Below are positions 20,382 through 28,304 of a stretch of 64,000 nt of DNA, piece after piece. Below the pieces are notes generated by a model. That model ran no database searches. It was given only the letters and a program-made list of their open reading frames with translations, and was not told the origin of the DNA. This stretch comes from Escherichia coli. Lineage in GTDB: Bacteria; Pseudomonadota; Gammaproteobacteria; Enterobacterales; Enterobacteriaceae. The stretch lies in assembly GCF_044324875.1 (NCBI RefSeq), contig NZ_CP172185.1; one strand, 5' to 3'. The number at the start of each line of letters is the position of its first letter. Within the stretch, counting starts at the first letter, position 1. The translations under genes and the position numbers were made by a program.

Positions 20382-20757
20382 CCGCCGTTTTCTCGTACTT
20401 ACTGATGGTGATCTCGACCTTCCCTTTCGGGATAACCGGTCCCCACTCCACCAGCATTCTTTTCACCTGTCTGTCGTCTTCCCACACACCCGCGTGGGTC
20501 AACGCGTCAAACAGCGCCTTGTTATAGTTGTCCAGATCGCGGATCCGGTTATCCGGAGGAAACAACACGATCTCCACTGAAGCAGGTGCCGACGTTGGTT
20601 TTGGCAGACGACGTAACTGCTCAACTATTGCTGCGCACGCCGCGCTCTGAAATTTTCGCCCCGCCGCGCTTATCAGGCTCTTACCAGCAAATGCCCCTTT
20701 GTTGGGGTGTCGCCAGTACGTGTTCACGCTGGGCGGGAAAGGCAGGATCAGCTTCAT
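20368..20757 (-). CDS. rusA: Holliday junction resolvase RusA
   Basis: 129-aa ORF with RusA-like sequence in the ninR-equivalent region. Confidence 0.85.
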   Translation of the reverse strand: MKLILPFPPSVNTYWRHPNKGAFAGKSLISAAGRKFQSAACAAIVEQLRRLPKPTSAPASVEIVLFPPDNRIRDLDNYNKALFDALTHAGVWEDDRQVKRMLVEWGPVIPKGKVEITISKYEKTAGAAA

Positions 20758-21080
20758 ACTTTCAGGCCTCTCTCATGTAACCAGTGGGTTGCACGCAGCC
20801 TGGCGTTTTCCTCACCGGCAAGCAGTGAGCGGATAATCCCGACCGCCTCGCTGTCGTCGTCCTTCACCGCGGTATGAAGAGTGATACCCCGGGCCACGCC
20901 ACGCTTTATCGTGATGACGCCTTTTTTCTCCAGTGCGCGAAGATGTTCCACCGCTGCATTCACTGAACGGTATCCCAGCATGGTTGCCACCTCCTGATTG
21001 GTTGGCGGGAAGCCACGTTCTTTCTGGTAAGAAATCAGCATATCCAGCACCTGCTGCTGGCATTGAGTTAACGTCGTCAT
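20754..21080 (-). CDS. LexA DNA-binding-domain-like protein lacking peptidase domain
   Basis: 108-aa ORF aligning by eye to the LexA N-terminal winged helix (QQQVLDML...GFPPT..E.A..LGYRS.NAA.EHL.AL.KKGVI). Confidence 0.6.
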   Translation of the reverse strand: MTTLTQCQQQVLDMLISYQKERGFPPTNQEVATMLGYRSVNAAVEHLRALEKKGVITIKRGVARGITLHTAVKDDDSEAVGIIRSLLAGEENARLRATHWLHERGLKV

Positions 21081-21729
21081 GCCGCCATCTCCCTGACCAG
21101 TTTTTCCGCCTGCTGGCGAACCTGCGCCAGAAACGCCTCACCACATGCCTCAAGTTCATCGCGCCCGATGTAGCTGATTGCCGGTCCCTTCCAGGTCTTG
21201 TCGAAAACAGCAATAGCACCAGCGAAGAAAGCGCCTGTCGGCACCTGCTTCTCGTCCTTCGGTATAAACCAGGCAGGCAGTTCAAAACCAATACGCCCGC
21301 GAATAAAAGCAATATGATCTGCATCTTCCGGCCACCACACTTCGCTGGTGGCCGCTTTGATCAGGAAAACATAGCGCCCGCCCTTATCACGCATGGCACT
21401 GGCATGTTTCATGATGTAACGCATGCCGGTGATGTATTGCCCCTCATGCTGACTGGCGCGGCTGTATGGGGATTACCAAAGGCAGCACCTTTAAGCTCCG
21501 CAAGACGTTCTGACCAGTCATGCGCCAGCGCGTTATCTTCCGCCGTGTAATACGCGGCACATTTGGCGTTATCACCGTCAGTAAACAGATCCAGAACAAA
21601 CGGGCCAAACAGTGTGTTAATTCCCCAGAAAATGTTGTCCGGCGTGCGCCACTGATCGCCCACTTCCTTCAGTTCATGGGCTGGTTTGTTCCGCAGTTCC
21701 ACCAGTGCCTGACAATATTTATTACTCAT
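21077..21729 (-). pseudogene. Phage DNA N6-adenine methyltransferase (Dam family) split by a 1-nt frameshift
   Basis: ORFs 21409-21762 and 21077-21424 together match the Dam family (WRTPD...NAKC..YYT...FGNP); frame breaks in a G4 run at 21469-21472 exactly at the NPPY motif. Confidence 0.7.
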
Positions 21730-22223
21730 TAAGCCCCCACGTAATTCCCTGACAGATACCACTCTTCACCCGATGCTGCGCGCTTGCTGCTTTTCTGTAA
21801 GCACTGCTCACGACGCGCCAGAAAATTGTTTCGTTCTGGCTGGGAGTGGCTTTCACGGAATGCCGCCATCCACACCGTTGCAGCACGACGGTATAAGCCC
21901 CTGGACTCCAGTTCTTCAGCCTGGCGGGTCAGGCACAAAATCACCCGGGGATCGTTAGTGCCGACATAGAAATTGCGCACAGGTCTAGTTTCACGAACTG
22001 GTTGTGGTTCCGGCTCCTGCGCTCTCTCAGTCAGGCGCGGGAAATGTCTGCGTGTATCTCCTTCACAACGGTGAGCCACACGCCCACTCTGACGTAACTT
22101 GCTTGCTGACTGCAGAACGCGCTGTCGTGAGTAACCTGCAAAAGCATCCGCAATGTCTCCGGAAGTACACCCCGGATGGGCTTCAATGAATTTCTGAACT
22201 TCATTCAAAAGACTCATAATCAC
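21729..22223 (-). CDS. Phage early protein, putative regulator
   Basis: 164-aa ORF whose stop overlaps the Dam start (TAATG). Confidence 0.4.
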   Translation of the reverse strand: MIMSLLNEVQKFIEAHPGCTSGDIADAFAGYSRQRVLQSASKLRQSGRVAHRCEGDTRRHFPRLTERAQEPEPQPVRETRPVRNFYVGTNDPRVILCLTRQAEELESRGLYRRAATVWMAAFRESHSQPERNNFLARREQCLQKSSKRAASGEEWYLSGNYVGA

Positions 22224-23161
22224 CCCCTGAATCCTGCCGGGATCTGGCTGTAGTCCACGTTGTCGTAACTGGCTTTGAAGTACGGGTCTTCGCGTTTTTC
22301 TGTGTGCGTGCTGACGGACGGCGATAAGCGCAGGGAAAGCTCATCCCATTTTTCCCGCAACTTCGACGGGCTGAGCACGTTACGGCACCAGAACGGATCG
22401 CGGCTGACGCGGCTGTACATCTCGCAGATTTGTTTGTGAGTACGACCATCCTGCACACACATCAGGCGAATTTCGTTTGCCCAGGCTGTCCAGTTAGGTT
22501 CTTTGGGACGAACCACCTCGCCGTCACATTCGGCGGCCTGCTCGTACAGGGCGATGATTTTTTTCCAGAGCCACTGTGCGCAGGTCAAATCATCCTGCGT
22601 TCCCCACTGGCGCTTTTTAGGGCTGAATACAACCGCATCAGGATGGCGAGTTAAAAAATCCTGTTCATCCATCTGCGTGTCCGGTTGCGAAGCGTCCGGA
22701 CGAGAAGGTTTTTTATCTGATGGATCATGTTTTGATTTTACTGACGGATCCCCGCCAGATTCTGACGGGTGAAAACCCGCTTTTTTGCCAGATTTCGACG
22801 CATCAAATTTTGACGGGTCAGATTTTGATGCGTCAGATTTTGACGGGTCAGAATCTGACAGTTGAGAAAATGCCGCTGCCTGAAGCTTCGCAACGTTAAG
22901 CTGATAAACATTCGACGCATTGCGGTTACCCTGGCGACGCGCCTTACGCGTTAACCAGCCTTCTGCTTCCAGCCGTGCGATAGCCGTTCTGACGGTACTC
23001 ATCCCCGCGCCAATCTGGCGGGCAATGGTTTCAATTGATGGCCAGCACACACCTTCGTCATTACTGAAATCAGCCAGGCGGGCCATAATTGCCACGCTGG
23101 ATAATTTCATGCCTGACGCAGCGCAACCATCCCATACATAGCCGGTTAATTTAGTGCTCAT
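22220..23161 (-). CDS. Replication initiation protein, O-like with N-terminal HTH
   Basis: 313-aa ORF with HTH near the N-terminus and an internal iteron-encoded repeat, in the O position. Confidence 0.65.
   Translation of the reverse strand: MSTKLTGYVWDGCAASGMKLSSVAIMARLADFSNDEGVCWPSIETIARQIGAGMSTVRTAIARLEAEGWLTRKARRQGNRNASNVYQLNVAKLQAAAFSQLSDSDPSKSDASKSDPSKFDASKSGKKAGFHPSESGGDPSVKSKHDPSDKKPSRPDASQPDTQMDEQDFLTRHPDAVVFSPKKRQWGTQDDLTCAQWLWKKIIALYEQAAECDGEVVRPKEPNWTAWANEIRLMCVQDGRTHKQICEMYSRVSRDPFWCRNVLSPSKLREKWDELSLRLSPSVSTHTEKREDPYFKASYDNVDYSQIPAGFRG
22762..22860. repeat. Iteron array (putative phage origin) inside the O-like gene
   Basis: About six direct repeats of a 12-15 bp unit related to GATTTTGACGGG. 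Confidence 0.5.
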
Positions 23162-23509
23162 GACCGACCTCTATTTCCCTGAATTTACGACGAAACTGTT
23201 CGAGCGGACTGAAGCATTCATGCTCATAGCCTTCGCGGAGGTAGATAACCCGTTGTGTTTCCGGCTCCCAACGAATGACTCTGACGGGCACTCCGTAGTG
23301 ATCTTTGAACCAGCGGTTAACTTGTCGCAAAGGACTGTCTCCTTCTGCCGGTTGAAATCACCCACAGCCCACTCTGCAAAGCTGTGGGTTACAATTTCCC
23401 TGTCACCTAGTACATTCACTGCATAGCAATATTCCACCTTCGCTTTTCCACCCGGTACAGGAAGCGCAATCAGTTGCGAGCGACGGTAGTGTGTTGTTAA
23501 ACTGTTCAT
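23151..23509 (-). pseudogene. Small early gene upstream of O, apparently frameshifted (or two overlapping short ORFs)
   Basis: Protein-like N-terminal half in one frame and protein-like C-terminal half (...[23 protein letters not shown]...) in the -1 frame ending at the O start; junction near 23325-23350. Confidence 0.35.
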
Positions 23510-24075
23510 GCGTTAGTTTCTCCACAACCAGAAGCAATCGACGCCACGACGCCCGGAGCTGCACACTCGCGGGCGTCATTACTTTCTGAAATGCAAAAAA
23601 TTTTGTAGACAAGTGCTGCATGCTCCTGCAGCTTCGAAATTGAGAGATACAGCTCGTCGTTAATTGCTGTCTTCTCATGCGGTTCCACTACACCGTCTTC
23701 GATTGCTGAACGAATCTGTTTTGAATAACTGCCGATCTGTTCAATGACTTCCAGCAGACGCTGGTTAATATCGGCGTTGTCCACATCCTCGACGTCAGGA
23801 AGAGACACAAAGACGCCATTTGCAGACTGCGCCACAGCATCAGCAATGAAATGAGTGCCACCAGCACGCTGTAAAACCATTGCCCATCCCAGCGGGAAAA
23901 TCTGATCGCCATCTGCACGAAGGCGGTTGAATAAAGCGTTTTCTGTTACATCGAGCCAGTCAGCCGCTTCAGCGTAACCACCCGGCAACGCCGCGATAGT
24001 TTTTCTGACAGCTTTCACGTACCACTCAGGCTGTTTTTCTATTTTCCAGTGATGCTTACCCACGATTAGCCTCAT
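23506..24075 (-). CDS. Putative CII-like early regulatory protein
   Basis: 189-aa ORF in the cII-equivalent position directly downstream of cro; position-based. Confidence 0.35.
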   Translation of the reverse strand: MRLIVGKHHWKIEKQPEWYVKAVRKTIAALPGGYAEAADWLDVTENALFNRLRADGDQIFPLGWAMVLQRAGGTHFIADAVAQSANGVFVSLPDVEDVDNADINQRLLEVIEQIGSYSKQIRSAIEDGVVEPHEKTAINDELYLSISKLQEHAALVYKIFCISESNDARECAAPGVVASIASGCGETNA

Positions 24076-24106
24076 CGTTCTGTGGTTAAAAATTGAAAGT
24101 GTTCTG

Positions 24107-24310
24107 CTAATCTTTCGGATAGATATCCGGTCTTAAGTCAGATTTCGTAATTGCACCTGACGTGCATTGCTCAAGTTTTTTAGCCAGCACAAAACTGGCT
24201 TTTTTATAGCCATTGAAAACCAGCCGTAAGTAGCCAGGTGTTGAGCCAACTTTTCCGGCCAACTCGCCCTGCTGTTCTTTGGTTAAAGAGTCCCAATACG
24301 CTTTCATACA
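24107..24310 (-). CDS. Cro-like repressor (YdaS/Cro family HTH)
   Basis: 67-aa product from Met 24310 with C-terminal DLRPDIYP-like motif; the listed longer ORF reads through the operator region. Confidence 0.7.
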   Translation of the reverse strand, partial: CMKAYWDSLTKEQQGELAGKVGSTPGYLRLVFNGYKKASFVLAKKLEQCTSGAITKSDLRPDIYPKD

Positions 24311-24397
24311 ATATGTACCTCCGGTATACATATTACATGATTGAAATGAACCTTCAAGATACTTGTACCTTAACGGTACAAGGGTTTTAATTTCGTT
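24311..24397. promoter_or_regulatory. Immunity switch: divergent promoters with palindromic operators
   Basis: Palindromes ATGTACC-tcc-GGTATACAT (24314-24332) and CTTGTACC-ttaac-GGTACAAG (24362-24382); no Shine-Dalgarno before the cI ATG. Confidence 0.6.
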
Positions 24398-25072
24398 ATG
24401 AAAACAATCCATGACATCCGGCGGTCTAACGCCAGAAAACTGAGAGATGGTGTTGGCGGGAATTCTTCCTTTGCCACTATGATTGATCGCGAGCCAACCC
24501 AGACCAGCAGGTTTATGGGAGATGGTGCTACTAAAAATATCGGTGACAGCATGGCACGACACATCGAAAAATGTTTCGACCTGCCTGTCGGATGGCTCGA
24601 TCAAGAACACCAGACAACGAACATCACAAAAAAACCTGATGTTTCAATCACTAATAAACAAATCACATTAGTCCCTGTCATATCATGGGTACAGGCCGGA
24701 GCATGGAAAGAAGTTGGATATTCTGAGGTTGATTTGAGCACAGCAGAAACGTATCCCTGCCCTGTACCCTGTGGGGAAATGACTTATATCTTGCGGGTGA
24801 TAGGTGATTCAATGATTGATGAGTACCGCCCGGGAGACATGATTTTTGTCGATCCTGAAGTACCTGCCTGCCACGGTGACGACGTTATTGCATTGATGCA
24901 CGATACAGGTGAAACCACCTTCAAAAGGTTGATAGAAGATGGGACACAGCGTTATCTCAAAGCGTTAAACCCAAACTGGCCTGAGCCTTACATTAAGATC
25001 AACGGTAATTGCTCTATAATTGGAACTGTGATTTTCTCAGGAAAACCAAGAAGATACAAAATCAAAGCCTAA
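24398..25072 (+). CDS. CI-like repressor with HTH and LexA-like S24 peptidase domain
   Basis: 224-aa ORF; N-terminal HTH and C-terminal GDSM...K autocleavage domain. Confidence 0.85.
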   Translation: MKTIHDIRRSNARKLRDGVGGNSSFATMIDREPTQTSRFMGDGATKNIGDSMARHIEKCFDLPVGWLDQEHQTTNITKKPDVSITNKQITLVPVISWVQAGAWKEVGYSEVDLSTAETYPCPVPCGEMTYILRVIGDSMIDEYRPGDMIFVDPEVPACHGDDVIALMHDTGETTFKRLIEDGTQRYLKALNPNWPEPYIKINGNCSIIGTVIFSGKPRRYKIKA

Positions 25073-25084
25073 TCAATGTTTATG

Positions 25085-25108
25085 AACCTGCTTCGGCAGG
25101 TTTTTTTA
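25085..25108 (+). terminator. Intrinsic terminator after the repressor gene
   Basis: CCTGC-ttcg-GCAGG hairpin followed by seven T. Confidence 0.6.
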
Positions 25109-25111
25109 TAC

Positions 25112-25140
25112 TTGACAATGTACCTTTGGGATACATAATG
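25112..25140 (+). promoter_or_regulatory. pL-like promoter with overlapping operator
   Basis: TTGACA, 16-17 bp spacer containing TGTACC...GGATACA operator-like half-sites, then CATAAT. Confidence 0.55.
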
Positions 25141-25226
25141 TGCCCAAGAGAAACAACAAACAGGCAGGACGCCCACGAAGTAGCCGCCTGGAGCATATGA
25201 AGTCTAGGATGATTCGTTAGCAACAA

Positions 25227-25261
25227 AAAAGCGCCCTACAGGACGCTTAGCTCTTTAACAA
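25227..25261 (+). promoter_or_regulatory. Hairpin plus rrn-type boxA-like element in pL leader
   Basis: GC-rich hairpin 25231-25246 then GCTCTTTAACAA at 25250-25261, matching the rrn boxA core. Confidence 0.4.
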
Positions 25262-25306
25262 TCAGGTCCCCATCAACAAGTAACTGATAACTTGAGGAGG
25301 TGTGAA

Positions 25307-25513
25307 ATGCACAAAACAGAACCAAAAATCGTCGCGCCCGGATACACAAATGAGGAAATTTACGAGTGGATGGCAAAGAAGCTGGCAGCTATAAACCAGC
25401 TTCGTGAAGTGCTGTCTTATCGACAGGAAACAATAGACTCCTTAAAAAAACTGGATCAGGAAATCACGGTTTTATCACAGGATGTTACTTTAGATATTGT
25501 GCAGACAAATTAG
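25307..25513 (+). CDS. Hypothetical 68-aa protein, first gene after pL
   Basis: Strong GAGGAGG ribosome-binding site 6 nt before ATG; no arginine-rich motif. Confidence 0.5.
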   Translation: MHKTEPKIVAPGYTNEEIYEWMAKKLAAINQLREVLSYRQETIDSLKKLDQEITVLSQDVTLDIVQTN

Positions 25514-25919
25514 GATCCCATTCATTTTCGTCAAAATCATCAAAGTGATGAATTTGTGATCTCCAGTCTCGATAATCTAAAAATTTCTGGGCGGTTACGC
25601 TTATTTTATCAAGCGTGAGTTCATCCTGAATTGAAAGAAGAAGTTCATCAAATTTCATCTCATTAATCTGTTTTGGCATCCAGTGATGCTTCATCAGAAT
25701 AAGGTGAACCAGAGCTTTTTTCCCATTCAACTGATTATAGGGAGTGCCGAATTTCTTCCGGTGCTCATGTAAGACAAGGTCCAGAAGAGTAAGTAATGTT
25801 GCCCTTGATTCAACTTTGCTTATTTCGACTGATGACACTACCCCACTGATTTCAATGCCCCGATACTTTCCAACATTTTCACAGTGGGATTTGTACAGCG
25901 TATAGATATTACCGGACAT
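25485..25919 (-). CDS. Hypothetical 144-aa protein antisense to the pL operon
   Basis: AT-rich ORF with AAGGA ribosome-binding site; 3' end overlaps 25307-25513 convergently by 29 nt. Confidence 0.5.
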   Translation of the reverse strand: MSGNIYTLYKSHCENVGKYRGIEISGVVSSVEISKVESRATLLTLLDLVLHEHRKKFGTPYNQLNGKKALVHLILMKHHWMPKQINEMKFDELLLSIQDELTLDKISVTAQKFLDYRDWRSQIHHFDDFDENEWDPNLSAQYLK

Positions 25920-26070
25920 TTCTTTTCCTTTTGCGTTGTTGGGGATAACCAGATTAACCGAATCCTTGTTGTTGGGGAATAACCAGGTCCACCTCGCCTG
26001 ATGTGGCTAAAAGCAGGCACATAACAGCTAAGTATTTTCAACCAGAGAGAATCCTTAGCGTTGTGGTGAA

Positions 26071-26387
26071 TGCGGCTCAGCGCACGCGGGTTAAGGTTGA
26101 GGCTGACAGTCGACCTTCTGTGGATACCCACCCGCCTGGTGTGCAACCTTCGCCAGGCACCGGGAGGCACCCGGCACCACAACTTTATGCTGCGTGTAGT
26201 CTTGGCGGTACCAGCTTTTACCCTTGCTTCCGGCTGGTACCGTCCTTTTTACAAAACAGAGAAGAGCATTACCGGACGACGGGCTCATAACTCAATCCAT
26301 CCGGGCGGCTGCCACCGCAGGTGTTCTTCTCTGTTTTGTGGAGAAACTAATCGGCTTTGCAGGGTCGATATGATGAGGAGCAGCAAA
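26071..26387. other. GC-rich structured noncoding segment (candidate cis-acting RNA or ncRNA)
   Basis: Nested inverted repeats including a 12-bp stem GGCGGTACCAGC/GCTGGTACCGTC (26211-26251); short ORFs in several frames without ribosome-binding sites. Confidence 0.3.
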
Positions 26388-26750
26388 ATGGCTAGCGAAC
26401 GCAGTACTGATGTGCAAGCATTTATCGGGGAGCTGGACGGCGGCGTATTTGAAACCAAAATCGGCGCAGTTCTCAGTGAAGTCGCTTCCGGTGTGATGAA
26501 CACGAAAACCAAAGGTAAGGTCTCACTCAACCTGGAAATCGAACCATTTGATGAAAACCGTGTGAAAATCAAACACAAACTCTCATATGTTCGCCCGACT
26601 AACCGCGGGAAAATTTCCGAAGAAGACACCACCGAAACGCCGATGTATGTCAATCGCGGTGGTCGCCTGACTATTCTGCAGGAAGACCAGGGACAATTAC
26701 TGACTCTTGCCGGTGAACCTGACGGAAAACTCCGCGCAGCAGGTCATTAA
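26388..26750 (+). CDS. Hypothetical early-left protein (CPS-53 YfdP-like)
   Basis: 120-aa product from Met 26388 preceded by GAGGAG; the upstream in-frame extension from 26070 looks noncoding. Confidence 0.5.
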   Translation: MASERSTDVQAFIGELDGGVFETKIGAVLSEVASGVMNTKTKGKVSLNLEIEPFDENRVKIKHKLSYVRPTNRGKISEEDTTETPMYVNRGGRLTILQEDQGQLLTLAGEPDGKLRAAGH

Positions 26751-26815
26751 TATCGTTCTTAATTAACCGATTATTTATCTCATCACTGAATATCTTAATA
26801 TAGTGAGGACTTATT

Positions 26816-27640
26816 ATGTCTCAAAACTTAGACGCAACCGCATTTAATCAAATCCATGCCCTTATTTCTGCTCAGGGTGTTAATGAAATTATCAGTAAGA
26901 TTGGTGCCGATGCTGTGGCATTGCCTGAGAATTTCCGCATTCATGATCTGGAAAAATTTAATTTAAATCGCTTCCGTTTCCGTGGTGCGCTTTCCACTGC
27001 CAGCATCGATGACTTTACCCGTTATTCTAAAGATCTTGCAGATGAAGGCACCCGCTGCTTTATCGATGCTGATAATATGCGTGCCGTCAGTGTGCTTAAC
27101 CTGGGTACTATTGATGAACCAGGTCACGCAGATAACACCGCCACTCTCAAACTGAAAAAGACAGCACCGTTCTCTGCTCTGTTGTCTGTTAATGGCGAGC
27201 GTAACTCCCAGAAATCACTGGCAGAATGGATTGAAAACTGGGCCGACTACCTTGTGGGCTTTGATGCTAATGGTGACGCCATTCAGGCAACCAAAGCGGC
27301 GGCGGCTATCCGTAAAATCACAATTGAAGCGAACCAGACCGCTGATTTTGAAGATAATGACTTCAGCGGCAAACGCTCCCTGATGGAGTCTGTCGAAGCG
27401 AAGACCAAAGACATTATGCCAGTGGCATTTGAATTTAAATGCGTTCCGTTTGAAGGCCTGAAAGAACGTCCATTTAAATTACGCCTCAGCATTATCACTG
27501 GCGATCGTCCTGTACTGGTTCTGCGCATTATTCAGCTGGAAGCGGTGCAGGAAGAAATGGCTAACGAATTTCGTGATCTGCTTGTTGAGAAATTCAAAGA
27601 CAGCAAAGTAGAAACCTTTATTGGTACTTTCACCGCCTGA
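26816..27640 (+). CDS. DUF2303-type protein (YfdQ-like)
   Basis: 274-aa ORF recalled as matching E. coli CPS-53 YfdQ. Confidence 0.6.
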   Translation: MSQNLDATAFNQIHALISAQGVNEIISKIGADAVALPENFRIHDLEKFNLNRFRFRGALSTASIDDFTRYSKDLADEGTRCFIDADNMRAVSVLNLGTIDEPGHADNTATLKLKKTAPFSALLSVNGERNSQKSLAEWIENWADYLVGFDANGDAIQATKAAAAIRKITIEANQTADFEDNDFSGKRSLMESVEAKTKDIMPVAFEFKCVPFEGLKERPFKLRLSIITGDRPVLVLRIIQLEAVQEEMANEFRDLLVEKFKDSKVETFIGTFTA

Positions 27641-27767
27641 TTTCATTACTGCAAATGCCCCTGCGGGGGAATTTATGGAAACGTAATTAACTCAATAATC
27701 GCCGGATGGTGAGGACTTCCTTTTACCAGAATTCAGCGCGGTGCAGCGCATATACGTGGAGAACAAA

Positions 27768-28304
27768 ATGTCATTTATTAAAACTTTTTCCGGGAAGCAT
27801 TTTTATTATGACAAGATAAATCAAGACGACATCGTTATTAACGATATCGCGGTTTCCCTTTCAAATATCTGTCGCTTTGCAGGACATCTTTCACATTTCT
27901 ACAGCGTCGCCCAACATGCGGTGCTTTGCAGCCAACTGGTGCCGCAGGAATTTGCTTTTGAAGCGTTAATGCATGATGCAACAGAAGCGTATTGCCAGGA
28001 CATCCCGGCGCCACTGAAACGCCTTCTTCCTGACTATAAACGGATGGAAGAAAAAATAGACGCCGTAATCCGTGAGAAATACGGGTTACCCCCAGTTATG
28101 AGTACACCCGTGAAATATGCCGATCTCATCATGCTGGCAACTGAACGCCGCGATCTCGGGCTTGATGATGGCTCTTTCTGGCCAGTACTGGAAGGTATCC
28201 CGGCAACAGAGATGTTCAAAGTTATTCCACTGGCACCGGGCCATGCCTACGGGATGTTTATGGAACGCTTCAACGAGTTATCGGAATTACGCAAATGTGC
28301 ATAA
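27768..28304 (+). CDS. HD-domain phosphohydrolase (YfdR-like 5'-deoxynucleotidase)
   Basis: 178-aa product with H..HD metal-binding signature (HAVL...MHDATEAY). Confidence 0.65.
   Translation: MSFIKTFSGKHFYYDKINQDDIVINDIAVSLSNICRFAGHLSHFYSVAQHAVLCSQLVPQEFAFEALMHDATEAYCQDIPAPLKRLLPDYKRMEEKIDAVIREKYGLPPVMSTPVKYADLIMLATERRDLGLDDGSFWPVLEGIPATEMFKVIPLAPGHAYGMFMERFNELSELRKCA

Noticed and set aside
24279-24289. Second boxA-like motif ACTCTTTAACC on the pR transcript
   Set aside because: It lies inside the cro coding sequence and matches the consensus less well; may be coincidental, mentioned only as weak support.
24311-24610. Cro-like ORF extending to 167 aa
   Set aside because: The upstream part reads through the operator region and antisense to the repressor gene; Met at 24310 gives a 67-aa Cro-like product typical for the family.
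26003-26290. GTG-initiated 95-aa basic ORF (MAKSRHITAKYF...) as a possible N-like antiterminator
   Set aside because: Resemblance to phage 21 N is limited to a few residues, there is no clear arginine-rich motif or ribosome-binding site, and it lies in the structured GC-rich segment; kept only as a remote possibility.
26070-26387. N-terminal extension making the 26388 gene a 226-aa protein
   Set aside because: The extension is GC-rich, Arg/Cys/Pro-rich, has no ribosome-binding site and coincides with strong inverted repeats, whereas Met 26388 has a GAGGAG site; treated as noncoding structure.
26071-26387. Possible retron msr/msd RNA
   Set aside because: No reverse transcriptase gene follows; the downstream genes are small unrelated proteins.
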